From: Octopus vulgaris
Taxonomy: Eukaryota
NCBI GenBank assembly: GCA_951406725.2
Contig: OX597822.1
Location: 21,080,001 to 21,144,000, forward strand
DNA: 64,000 bases
Reading direction: 5' to 3'
This document shows, in pieces, positions 26,081-38,242 of this stretch; position 1 is the first letter of the stretch, and every line of letters starts with the position of its first letter. The translations under genes were made by a program, and so were the position numbers. The notes under the pieces are model-generated. The model worked only from the letters and a program-made list of their open reading frames with translations. It ran no database searches and was not told where the DNA came from.

Positions 26081-26478
26081 TATGAATTTGTGTTGCAAGA
26101 TTTCTGATGTGAAGTCATGTGTTGAAACAGATATTGTTGTATTTCAGGATGGTCATTTTATTTTTCCAAATAAATACATGCACTATATATTCGTTCTTCA
26201 CTTGTTTGTTACTGTTATTATTCTAACTCATGTCCATTGTCCGGAAATCTTTCATCATACATCTTGTGACAGCCTCAGCAACACTTTCTGTTTTTCATGT
26301 GTGCTCTTGCTCTGCCTATTCCATTCTGTTCAGTCCCTCAAACATGAGAAGAACAGAAGGGAATAAGCAGAGCAAGAGCACACCTGAAGATGGAAAGTGT
26401 CACTGAGGAGGTCACTAGTTATGTGACAAAAGATTTCTGAACAATAAGAACAGTAATAAATAAGTGAAGAACGAGTAT
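26076..26478. repeat. Degenerate fold-back element with decayed hammerhead-like motif
   Basis: Arms ~26195-26332 and ~26350-26478; right arm CTGAGGA-GGTCAC-tagttat-GTGAC-AAAAGATTTC; left arm retains GAAAGATTTC on minus strand. Confidence 0.65.
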
Positions 26479-26945
26479 ATATATATATATATAGAATGAA
26501 TATATAGTTTACATTGTCACAAGGATGTACAAGTTAACATATGGGAGATTCAATCAGAAGATCGAATCTTCCATGTGCTAACATGTACCTCCTTGCAACA
26601 ATGTAAACTTCCATTTAATCAAGATATCTTTGGCCTGAAGAGTAGCCTGCACTATACACCTTGCTTGGATATTTACCACTTCCAAGGTTCCACTTGTTAT
26701 GAAACATATGTAGCCCAGATTTTATCTACTCCATTCCTTAACTCTTGCATTCTTATTCGTATACCCAGCAACCCCGGTTGCTTACCATAAAATATAAAAT
26801 GAACTTTTTCAATTTACCATACTCTGATAGGAAAATATCCACAACCTTCTGTCTCAGTAAACCATTATTGACTCTAAAAGTTGCTATACTAAACATGGAT
26901 CACTTGAAGCTAACTTTCTTCCTACACCTCAATCCTTGGATCCTT

Positions 26946-27000
<55 letters not shown>

Positions 27001-27010
27001 TTATAGAAGG

Positions 27011-27061
27011 AGCTTCTACAGGACTAGAACTGTTTCATTCAAAAGAAATCATCAGGAAGCT
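27011..27061 (-). ncRNA. Type I hammerhead ribozyme (mirror copy)
   Basis: Exact reverse complement of 27085-27135. Confidence 0.75.
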
Positions 27062-27084
27062 AGGTGACAAGATTCTTGTCACCT

Positions 27085-27135
27085 AGCTTCCTGATGATTT
27101 CTTTTGAATGAAACAGTTCTAGTCCTGTAGAAGCT
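27085..27135 (+). ncRNA. Type I hammerhead ribozyme
   Basis: Stem I AGCTTC/GAAGCT; core CTGATGA; stem II TTC-tttt-GAA; GAAA; stem III ACAG/CTGT; cleavage triplet GTA 27127-27129. Confidence 0.78.
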
Positions 27136-27217
27136 CCTTCTATAAAATAAATTAATTTACTCTGCTATGTATTGAGTACCTTATTTACTGTGGTTAACCC
27201 CGACTCAACCCGGGACC

Positions 27218-27261
<44 letters not shown>

Positions 27262-27262
<1 letters not shown>

Positions 27263-27510
27263 TGGTTGTCTACTCCCTTATGCAGAGTCTGAACACCTCT
27301 TGCACTTACACCTTAGATCTATCATGTTGTCTGTTGTGGCTTTTTAAACCAGACAATATTTTAAAAAGACACCCACGTAGATTGCATATCTGATTTGGAC
27401 CACCAAGAGCTGCTGTTAAGTTCTGATGTTTGTAAGTCTTAAAATTTCTTTTGAGGCTTTCATTAGATTTACAGACTTTATGGCATGCCTGGCATTGACA
27501 GGTGTTCACA
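27262..27510 (-). mobile_element. Probable RTE-type LINE C-terminal zinc-finger fragment
   Basis: CQACHKVCKSNESLKRNF...CNLRGCLFKILSGLKSHNRQH, decayed C2H2-like pair then stop. Confidence 0.5.
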
Positions 27511-28856
27511 GATCTATCTGTCTATCTGTCTGTATGTCTGTCTGTATGTCTGTCTGTCTGTATGTATGTATGTATGTATGTGTGCACAGATATATATATA
27601 TATATATTGTCACACACAGACACATGTGTGTACATGTGAATAGAACATCAATCTGTCACTAGAGTCTTTTCTAGTAAGTTTATATCAATTCCACACAGAT
27701 AGGAATGAGAGCTAATAACCATAAATTCTTCTAAACTGAATATACATAGACAGGGAGGGGTACAATTATCTTCAGACTGCAGACCTGGCCCAACTGATTT
27801 CAACAGGAGTGGACTATACAGAAGGCACCCAAGAACCAGGCGTTGTTGTTAAACATGTTAATGGTTTAAGTTAACCACTTGCCTTCACATAGTTATTTTA
27901 TCTATGAAATTTCATTCACAAAGTTTTGGGCAACCCACAATGATGCTGCACAGTGAGACTGAATATGAAACGATTTAGTTGGGAAGTAATTTTCTTATCC
28001 ACACAGCCATGGTTTTATATAATTTCGGTGATGATCAACTTCATTCTTCATTGAAAATACCAATAAAAATGTGAGTAATACATTGAATTGTGTTGCTGAG
28101 CTGAACAACTATTATATATCCTAGTCTTTAAAGAATAAATATATAAATAAGCAAAACACATGAAAGACAAAAAAAAACGGTGCAATGTCTATTATTGAAA
28201 TCAATAAAGGAATAACTGGATGGTATAAACCGTCTTGAGTATACTCATCCATTTGTATTACGTGTTTATATTTATGACATAATTCGTATTGCATAGATTT
28301 TAATATTTATAACATAGATTTTAATATTTATAACATTCATTGTAATAGTATTTAAATTTGCTTTTCATGAATGAGCACTAAAGCAATAATAAAAAAAAAT
28401 TGCTGACTGCCAGTTACATTGTTTTTGAGGTAACAGCTTTCTTTGTTTTGATGAGTTTTTCTATGAAATATACCAAGGAATTGGTAACTGCCCATTTTTG
28501 TTTCTTTGGTTGGTAACAGACGAATATTATAACTGGATACAGATTATCATAGCTTTTTCTTAATCTATTTCATACAATTGATTGAATTTGTAAACTGTTG
28601 TTTTTGTTGGTTTCTATCAAATACATAAAGGACTTAATAGCAATCTGTCTTCATTGATCTCAATCTATATCAAACACACTAAGAAATTGATAACCAACTC
28701 ACTTTATTTCTAATCAATACCAAACAAATAGAACCAGTAACAGTGTATCTTTATTATTGTATGAGTGGAGAGTGGTGAGTGGTGAGTAGCAGAAATGGTA
28801 AAGTGTACAACCAAATGCCTGCAGTATTTAGCCATATTGTGTCTTAATTTATGTAT

Positions 28857-28895
28857 TTGTTGTTGTTGTTGTTGTTGTTGTTGTTCTTCTTCTTC

Positions 28896-28929
<34 letters not shown>

Positions 28930-29063
28930 CATCATTATTATTATTATTACTATTATTATTATTACTATTACTATTATTATTATTATTATTATTACTATTA
29001 TTATTATTATTATCATTATTATCATTATCATTATCATCATTATTATTATTATTATTATCATTA
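28857..29063. repeat. Compound (TTG)/(TTC)/(TTA)n microsatellite
   Basis: Direct reading. Confidence 0.97.
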
Positions 29064-29189
29064 TTTCGAGGTTGATAAAATAAGTACCAGTTGAACACTA
29101 GGGTCGATGTAATCAACTCATCTCCTCCCTGCAAACTGCTGCTCTTGTGGCAAAATTTGAAACTGTTATTATTATTATCATTATTATTA

Positions 29190-29246
<57 letters not shown>

Positions 29247-29445
29247 GTGGCAAATTAGAAGAATCATTAGCATACCAGGCCAAATACTTAGTGACATTTT
29301 GTCCATCCTTATGTTCTAAGTTGAAAAATCAACTGGGGTTGGCTTTGCCTTTCATCTTTTTGGGGTTGATAAAATAAGTACCAGTTAAGCACTGGGGTCA
29401 ATGTAATTGACTTACCCCATTCCCCCAAATTGCTGGTCTTATTAC
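29064..29445 (+). mobile_element. SINE family B: 3' fragment and one full copy around (ATT)n
   Basis: GGGTTGATAAAATAAGTACCAGTT..CACTGGGGTC motif seen twice. Confidence 0.75.
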
Positions 29446-29743
29446 AATTATTATTTCCATTTTACTTCTCAGAGTTCTTGATTTTACTTGCAACCTGTTT
29501 TCAAAGGTTTCACAGTTTCTCTTTCCATGATACTTAACATGCAACGACCAATCTCAAAATCATCGCTGACCCCAACAGAACATTTTTTTTAATGTGGCTA
29601 GCTGGCAAAATTATTAGCAAGTTAAACAAAATGGTCTTTTCTTTGTATTATTTTCTCTGATTCTTTGCAGTCTTTGCTTGAATCTCACTGATGTCAAACA
29701 TTGCCTTTCATCCTTCTGAGGTCAATAAAGTAAATTTAAAATA

Positions 29744-29775
<32 letters not shown>

Positions 29776-29795
<20 letters not shown>

Positions 29796-29922
29796 CACAT
29801 CCTACGCAGAACACTTTCCATACAATAACCATCAGAGCATCACAACAAATCACAGCACATACCCAAGGCACACAGAGCTGCGCTCGGTAGTGAAGTGAAA
29901 GCACGCTATAAAAATAAAACTA

Positions 29923-29926
<4 letters not shown>
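29776..29926 (+). mobile_element. R4/Dong-type extreme 3' end
   Basis: HILRRTLSIQ* (cf. SIIRRVLRT near 19500), short UTR, (AAT)n on both sides. Confidence 0.65.
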
Positions 29927-29960
<34 letters not shown>

Positions 29961-30069
29961 TAATAATAATAATGATAATGTGGACAATGAAGTGAGTTAC
30001 TGTCATCCCAGTAGTTGTAGGGGTATATGGAGCACTAACAACCAAGTTCAAGTAATAATAATAATAATG

Positions 30070-30305
30070 AAATTATTGTATACAGTGCTCAGGTGCACCA
30101 CAACTTGTCAGAAAGTGCATATAAAGTGTATGCAGTAATGTACAAATGTCTGGAAAGCGAACAGTGTATGAGTCAGATACATGCTTGCATGTGTATGGAG
30201 GGGAGAATATCAGGTGTAGTGTTGGTGAATCTCAGGAAGCATGGAAGTTTTGAAGGATGCAGTGCTCCGACAACTAACAACTGATGCCAGCAGTTTGTTC
30301 CATGA
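30070..30305 (-). mobile_element. CR1/L2-like LINE 3' end
   Basis: WNKLLASVVSCRSTASFK...* then UTR and (ATT)n tail. Confidence 0.7.
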
Positions 30306-30579
30306 GAAATTGGAATTGACATGAGGGTAGAACATGCTAAAATACTGCTCTACTGGGGACAGTGAAGATTTTGAAATTGCTATGTAGGTGTTATCTTCTA
30401 TGGTACTTAACATCTAGGTTCCATGTCTTATAGTTTGTGGAAAGAGATCCTGAAAGACCCTGTGAGACCTTACACAACAGGCTGCTGTCTGCTCTCACAA
30501 AATTAACCAGAGCAAATAAGATTACATGCTCTGAGAATTAAAATGATAATAATGATAATAATAATGATAATAATTTTGT

Positions 30580-31015
30580 TCAATACCACAAATTTGCTTA
30601 TCAGTTGTTTGACCTTAACCAGTTGAGCATATCTCTTAGTGAGTAATGATGTGTGCATCTCTAATCATGAGCAGAAGTAGTGGGGGAGAATCATAGCCAT
30701 GTTCTGAGAGGAATTCTTTGGGTTTGAATAATTCACTTCTGGAAACATGGATGTCTTATTCATCATCCTTAAAACAAACCTTATTCAGGAACCTTTTGAG
30801 TGGGGTGGGCTACTTGATCTAAGGAAAATTCTAACTGGGTCCCAGCTGCAAGGTCATGTGCTGTTTATCTTGATATAAGATCACCATGTCAAGCATATGT
30901 GGTTGTGATGCATGTGCCTGGTGTACTTATATCAGACTAGTGGTCATGATGATTATATTGGGCTTCGTATATTTTACCCCAGCATCACTTTGACGGCATG
31001 CACTGCTCTCTCACT
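30580..31015. mobile_element. Truncated ~560-bp element
   Basis: Matches 20443-20879. Confidence 0.88.
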
Positions 31016-31197
31016 GGATAATAATAATAATGATAATGATAATAATCCTTCCTACTTGTGGGGAGAAGACTAATTGATTACATTGACCCAAGTGTTTTGC
31101 TGGTACTAAATTGATCAACCCTGAAAAGATGACAGGTGAAGTTGACCTTGGTGGAATTTGATCAGAACATAAGGACAGGCAAATAATAATAATAATG

Positions 31198-31228
<31 letters not shown>

Positions 31229-31419
31229 TAATAATAATTTTTATTATTATTATTAAAGTGGCAAAATGGCAGAATCATTACCATACTGGCAAAATGCTTA
31301 GTGGTATTACACTTGTCTTTATGTTCTGAGTTCAAATTCCACTGAGGGCAATGGTTATTCAAACTTTAAAATACTATGTTGGTTTCATATGTTACAAAAT
31401 TTTCATCTTGCTTCCAACT

Positions 31420-32830
31420 ATCTTATAATATTGTGTCAGAAATGATTGCAAAGACTAACAAAATGCATATAGTTGGTTAATTTTTCATTCTATCCATTGC
31501 TTATAGAATGAGCTATTGCTTAGCTAATGAGAAAACCACATTAAAATTGAATATGAAACTAATTCCAGTCCCATAGTAACAATAGATGAAATGTCAAAGG
31601 ATTCAATTGTCGTTTTGCATTACAGTTAGATGGAACTACCAATAATATTGCAAGTCAAGTAAAAGTGTTATGCTGCATTTGATACCTTTAATGCAAATAA
31701 ACTCTGCAAAGACTTTTAGTTTTGTTTTATCAGGCCTTGTTGCCTTGAGCTACATCAAGTGAAATTCTCTGGCTTTTGCTAACTTTTCTCGTGAATAATA
31801 ATCTATGTGTGAGTGCGAGTATCACAGTGTGCACCAGACAGTGCAGCTAACACAAGAAAACACAGTGGGTTATGTGCCAGAATCAAACAGTTATATGAGA
31901 ATGATTTTCTGCAGATGCATTGCATTATTCATCAACATGTTCTAGCATCAAAGGAAAAGAGTCATGATCTATGTATTCCTATGGGAGTTACTGTGAAGAT
32001 CGTGAATGTCATTAAAGCCAATCCAACCAATGTTTGATTATTTTCTGTATTATGTAATGTAGCAAGAGCTGCTTACAAAAGTTGTTGCAGTCAGAAGCTA
32101 AATGGCTGTCACATGGAAAAGTTCTTCAAAGGGTCCTTAAGCTTCATGAAGGAATAATCTATGGTATATTGTCACAGAAAATTCAAAATTTAATCAGTTT
32201 TCTGTTTGATGAGAAATTTGTGTTGCATTTATCTTATCTCACTGACATCTTTGATAAAGTCAGTGCCTTTTACTTGTCCTTTCAAGGAGGGCATTCGAAT
32301 CTGTTTCTGTAAAATGGAAAAATTAGTGCATTTCATGAGAACTGTGGTCAAGGAATTATGTATCACTTCCTTCTCTTGAGACATTTTCATAACCACAGAA
32401 ACTGTGGGCACTACTGGAAATACCTTTCTTGAAGATCTAGATAAAACGTTCCTGATAACTTTTAAGTATAAATATTTCTCTGAGATTACAGATAAAAATT
32501 CCAAATCAGTAGGGAGTCTGTTCCTGTGAGATATTGAAAATATTTTGCAAGAGTTAACTGAAGTAATTATTGATATGAAAACTGATACTAGTTTCAAAAT
32601 GTTTCTTAATTTTCAAAGCTTTTGGAACGAATTTCTATCTGCTTAACTTTTCTCAAAGAAGGCAATACATATCGTGTTTCCATTTAGTTCAACGTATTTG
32701 TGTGAAAAAGGCTTTTCTGCTTAAGTTAGTATGAAAACAAAATACAGAAGTCCTTTACAAGGGGACGGTGAGTTGCCTTGATAAACAACCATCCCAGAAT
32801 CCATGAACAGTTGTCCCAGAATAAATTTAA
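31420..32830 (+). pseudogene. Decayed hAT (Buster/Charlie-like) transposase
   Basis: FALQLDGTT, MHCIIHQHVLASK, LLQSEAKWLSHGKVLQR, LSYLTDIF, FSSTYLCEKGFS...KTKYR. Confidence 0.88.
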
Positions 32831-33545
32831 TATTACTACAGGAGTTGTTTCTGCCTATAATTTACATTTTGTAAAATTATGTATCTTGCACTTCTAACTT
32901 TTTTAACTTGTCCACCACCATAATGAAGGTGAATTATATGGATGCAAACTATATTCTTTTCTCATTAATAAAGAAGAACAGCCCCTTATATATATCCTTG
33001 ATAATTATATATATCCTTGATATGCTGCTTGAAATAACAGATGTAATGGTCACAGCTGGAATGTCTTAGATGGGAGGTCTGCTTGGTCAGCAACAACAAA
33101 TATGCCCCTTTATGACACAAAAGTTTAGAGATTTATTTCAAAATACATTTACCTCTGGAGTTATAGTTATGTGATTGGTTACTTAAAATGATATCAATCT
33201 TATTTGGTCACGACTTTCTACCAAAATTAGAATATAATTAAATTTATCACCATGAAAATAAAATAGCAGTTAATATGATAGCAATACTAAAGGTACAGCT
33301 AATAGTTATCACTTGCAAGTGGTTTGGTAACACATACCATGCTTTCCCTAATTGTTTTAGGTACCTGTGTAACCATGAACTGATGTAAAAACATTTTGCT
33401 GCTGATGCTTATATTCTTTGCTGATATACATTGTTGAAAAATATGCATATACACACAATGGAATCTCACTAGATTTTCCTACAAGGTTTGCTCAACCTGA
33501 CGGTTATGGTAGAGAATATTTGCCTAAGTTGACATGCATATATAT

Positions 33546-36500
33546 CATCATCATCATCATCGTTTAATGTCCGTTCTCCATGCTACCATGGGTTGGACGG
33601 TTCGACCGGGGATATGGGAAGCCAGAAGGCTGCACCAGGCTTCAGTCTGATCTGGCAGTGTTTCTACAGCTGATGCCCTTTCTAACGCCAACCACTCCGT
33701 GAGTGTAGTGGGTGCTTTTTACGTGCCACTGGCACAGGTGCCAGGTGAGGCTGGCAACGGCCACAATCGGATTAGTGCTTTTTACGTGCCACCGGCACGG
33801 AAGCCAGTCAAGGCAGCACTGGCATCAGCCACGTCCAGATGGTGCTTTTTACGTGCCACCGGCACAGGGATCACAACTGCAGTTTCCATTGATTTTTGAT
33901 GTTGGTGTACTTGACTCAATGGATCTCCTCAAGCACAGGGTTGAAACGGTGTTTCTTTACTTGCCACCTGCACAGGAGTCAGTCCAGCGGCCCTGGCAAG
34001 TGCCGGGTGCCAGTCATAGGATTGGTTCAATTTCGATTCTGATTTCACTTGCCCCAACAAGTCTTCGCAAGCAGAGTTTAGTGTCCAATGAAGGGAGGTT
34101 GGCATGGGTGCCTGTCATTGGATGAGGTTCGATTTCGACTTTGCTTGCCTGAACAGGTCTTTGTGTGTCCAAGGGAGGAAAGGCATGCATAAGTGGGCTG
34201 GCTGCGATGGACTCACTTGTTCTGCCTGGTCTTCTCACGCACAGCATATTTCCAAAGGTCTCGGTCGCTGGTCATTGCCTCGGTGAGGCCTAAAGTTTGA
34301 AGGTCGTGCTTCACCACCTCATCCCAGGTTTTCCTGGGTCTACTTCTTCCATGGGTTCCCTCAACTGCTTGGGATTGGCACTTTTTCACACACCTATCTT
34401 CATCCATTCTCGCCACATGACCATACCAGCGCAATCGTCTCTCTTGTACACCACAGCTGATGCTTCTTAGGTCCAACTTTTCTCTCAAGGTACTAACACT
34501 CTGTTGAGTATGCACACTGACATTACACATCCATCGGAGCATACTGGCTTCATTCCTCACGAGCTTACGCATGTCCTCAGCAGTCATGGCCCATGTTTCA
34601 CTGCCATGTAGCATGGCTGTTCATACACATGCATCATACAGTCTGCCTTTTACTCTGAGCGAGAGGCCTTTAGTCACCAGCAGAGGTAAGAGCTTCCTGA
34701 ACTTTGCTCAGGCTATTCTGACTCTAGGAGTTACACTTTCAGCGCACCCACCCCCACTACTGACTTGGTCACCTAGATAACGGAAGCTATCAACTACTTC
34801 TAGTTTTTCTCCCTGGAAAGTGACGGAAGTTGTTTTCTGCAGATTTTCAGTGTTTATTGCTCCTGAGCATCTGCCACATACAAAAACTATCTTCCCAGTT
34901 AGCCTTCCTTTGACATTGCTGCACCTCTTATGGTGTCCATAGCTTACACTGGGTACATCTTATAGAGTTTCTACCTACACCTTGTCTACAGATCGAGCAG
35001 GGCCATCTACCTGAAGGCGTTTGTGACTTGTCTACCTTCCTACTTATTAGGACTTTGGTTTTAGCTAGGTTGACTCTAAGGCCCTTAGATTCTAATCCTT
35101 GTTTCCACACCTGAAACTTCTCCTCCAGTTCTGATAGTGACTCAGCAATTAGAGCAAGGTCATCAGCATAGAGGAGCTCCTAGGGGCATCCTGTCTTGAA
35201 TTCCTCCGTAATTGCCTGGAGGACTATGATAAATAGAAGGGGGCTGAGGACTGAACCCTGGTGGAACCCAACCTCTACTTTGAATTCTTCAGTGTACACA
35301 TTGTCAACACTTACCTTACTTACAGCGTCCCTGTACATGGCTTGCACAGCTCTCACCAGCCATTCATCTATCCCTAGTTTCCTCATCGACCACCAGATAA
35401 GGGATCGGGGGACCCTGTTGAAGGCTTTCTCCATGTCAACGAAAGCCAGGTACAGGGGCTTATCTTTGGCTAGGTATTTCTCCTGCAGCTGTCTCACCAG
35501 AAATATGGCATCGGTGGTGCTTTTCCCTGGCACGAAACTAAACTGCATCTCATCCAAGTTGACTCTCTCCCTAATCAGTTGTGCTATGACCCTCTCCGTA
35601 ACCTTCATCACCTGATCCAACAGCTTGATACCTCTGTAATTATTTGTATCTAGGGCGTCGCCTTTACCTTTGTAGCAGTTGACTATTATGCTGCTACACC
35701 AGTCATTGGGTATGACTCCTTCATGTATCACCTGGTTAACTATACGGGTGACTAGGCTATAGCCGACACTGCCAGATATTTTGAGCATCTCTGCAGTAAT
35801 TCCTGATGGGCCTGGGGCTTTCCCTGTCTTCATGCTTCTAATTTCCTTAACTACCAAAGAACTGTCAACTTGGATAGCTGGTCCTTCTGTTGGGTCGACA
35901 TTCAGCAGACTCTCTTTATCCCATTCATTTTCTTTATTCAGCAACCTTTCATAGTGGCATCTCCAAACCTCTCTCTTTGCATCCTCATTTAGCGCAAGTG
36001 AACCATCATCCATGCAAATACATTTCTCTCCTACCACATCACGATTCTCTCTCACACACTGTCTTGCAACACGAAATACCTCAAGTCTTTGGTCCTCACG
36101 GCGCAGAACATAGGCAAATTTTTCTTATCTGCTTCCCATCTGGCTAAATAAACTTGTCTCCTAGCTTCCCTTCCGGCAGTCTGATACAGTTCCCTGCTAC
36201 CTCCTTTCTTCCAGTCCTTCCAAACCTGTTTCTTTTGTCTAATAGCCCTGTCAACCACATTGTTCCACCACCATGTTACCTTGGGTCGAGTGGGGACTTT
36301 GCACCAGCCACAGATCTGGTCAGTGTCTCTCAGCAAGTTGTCCCTTAGAAACCTCCAGTTGTCTTCCACATTATGTGATGCTATATCCCCTTCTATTTTA
36401 TCAAAGGCTTCGAGTAATACGTTTTTAAATCTCTGCCCATTTGCAGGATCTTTAAGTTTCCAGACCCTTCTCCTCCAGGCTGGTCTTCTTCTGGGCATCC

Positions 36501-36720
36501 ATTCAGCCCTGATCCTGAAGTCGCTAACTACTAATCTATGTTGAGGGGTACATTCTTCGCCTGGAAAGGTTGTGGCATTTATAAGCAGCCCTCTTTCCCT
36601 TTTTCTGGTGAGGATATAGTCAATTTGGCTAGTGTGTCTGCCAGAACGATAGGTGACTAGGTGACGGGCGGGTTTCCTGAAGTTGGTATTGCAAGCCATA
36701 AGATCATTATGCAAAGATCA
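33546..36720 (-). mobile_element. 5'-truncated RTE LINE (partial APE endonuclease, RT, 3'UTR)
   Basis: SQIDYIL, QHRLVVSDF, KAPGPSG, NYRGIKLL, AFVDMEKAF, HQGSVLSPLLF, LLYADD, YLGD, LHGSETW; frameshifts and stops; (GAT)n tail. Confidence 0.96.
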
Positions 36721-36739
36721 TTATGCAAACCATAAGATC

Positions 36740-36772
<33 letters not shown>

Positions 36773-36971
36773 TTGAGTAAGCACATAAATGGGAAGCAAG
36801 GTGGGAAAAAATAGTACTTGAATACTGGTGGTAGAGTAATATGCTTTATTATTAAAGCTGTAAAAACCTCACAAAAATATCACAAAAACTGCTACTCAGC
36901 ATTTTACATTCCCATTCATTGAGCACTTGTGATCAAGACTGCTATATGTATGTATTTTTTTTTTCTTAAGG

Positions 36972-37370
36972 CTTAAGGCTGTATCATGCGTGGGGACATA
37001 GAAATAATTGGACTGAATACCTGATCGCGCGGTTAAACCATTGGGAGTGAAGGACTCCTAGCCTTTGTTAGGGCATCCTTCTAGAAGGTAACTCAGGTAA
37101 CTGGGATAACTCCAACATAAAACTTGCGGCTCAGTAGTTACCGATGATGTTGACTTGTTCTTCTTTTCGAATCATGGCTGCTGTTGCTTAGTGAGTGGGA
37201 TTGACTCAGTGCACAGCCTTTCCTCACTTTAAAAAAAAATCTTCTTGCACAGGCATTGCACGATAACAACATTGTTCATGATTATTAACATGTTAACAAT
37301 CAGTTAAGCTTCGTGCAATGGCCATACTCGATAATGAGGGGACAGCCATCATGTATGTATGTATGTATGT
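36972..37370 (+). mobile_element. Unclassified dispersed repeat with (ATGT)n tail, truncated
   Basis: Reverse complement of ~57960-58330. Confidence 0.85.
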
Positions 37371-38174
37371 TCACTGGAGCAAACCATGTTTTGTTTAACA
37401 AGTTGTAACTTAACCATTCAATAAGAAGAGAATGATAAACTAAAATTGAAATAATTACTGGGGTTGAGTAAAAATACTTGAAGGCAGTGCCCTAGATGAT
37501 CACTGTCATATTACTAATAACTGTAAAAAAAACTATTCACTTAAATAATTGAGGAAATATTTCAGAATTATGAATTCCTTGAAACTAATGAAGGTAGGAG
37601 AAGTGTTGCAATGGAGATATTATGTTTAGATGATGAATCAACTTCAGATAGTTTAACATGAAAGAAATATTTTTTCTACTCATTAGTTCTGTTGATTGTT
37701 TGTAATATACCACAATGAGAGCTTTGACATTTTAAGACTTACATAACTTGTATGCTTTAGGAATATGTTGATAGCAGTTCTAAAGATGGAGGATATTTCA
37801 TAATGTTAGATAGACACTGCAAATGAGAAATCTTAATAGAAAATACAAATTTAGAAACAAGAGGATTTTCTCAAAAGTTTATGTTTTAGAAGAAAAAAGC
37901 TGTTTTTAGAAGGTGACAAAAGGTTAGCATTTTGTGGTTGTTGCACATGTTACTGGTGGAAGTTTGAAACGGCATCCTACAGGGCTGTGCTTCATGCATT
38001 AGCCTAAACTTGTTTATATAGATGTGTACACTCATGTTTAACATGTTTGTACACACTTGGACATGGAACGGCATACTACAGAAATTATCTTGAGCGAAAA
38101 TATTCATTTCTCTGTTGTTGTGGATCATCAGCTATGGATAGAGTCATCATTCAAAGCAACTAAAAACTTTTTAG

Positions 38175-38242
38175 TGACGCTACTGTGGAAGTTTCAGCGC
38201 ACATGCGCAGAATTGGATTACTTCCGGTAGGCCACCGGAAGT
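38175..38242. promoter_or_regulatory. Candidate housekeeping-type promoter motif cluster
   Basis: TGACGC, NRF1-like GCGCACATGCGCA 38197-38209, ATTGG 38212-38216, inverted ETS pair ACTTCCGGT/ACCGGAAGT 38220-38242. Confidence 0.5.

Larger units (their letters stand above)
26996..27150. repeat. Perfect palindrome, 77-bp arms, 1-nt spacer
   Basis: 26996-27072 is the exact reverse complement of 27074-27150. Confidence 0.97.

Noticed and set aside
27306-27509. Host C2H2 zinc-finger exon
   Set aside because: Ligands degenerate, no TGEKP linkers, microsatellite-flanked; fits a LINE C-terminus better
28292-28336. 21-bp tandem duplication
   Set aside because: Ordinary slippage duplication
35180-36714. 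Intact RT gene
   Set aside because: Frameshifts, a TAG just before LLYADD, and 5' truncation
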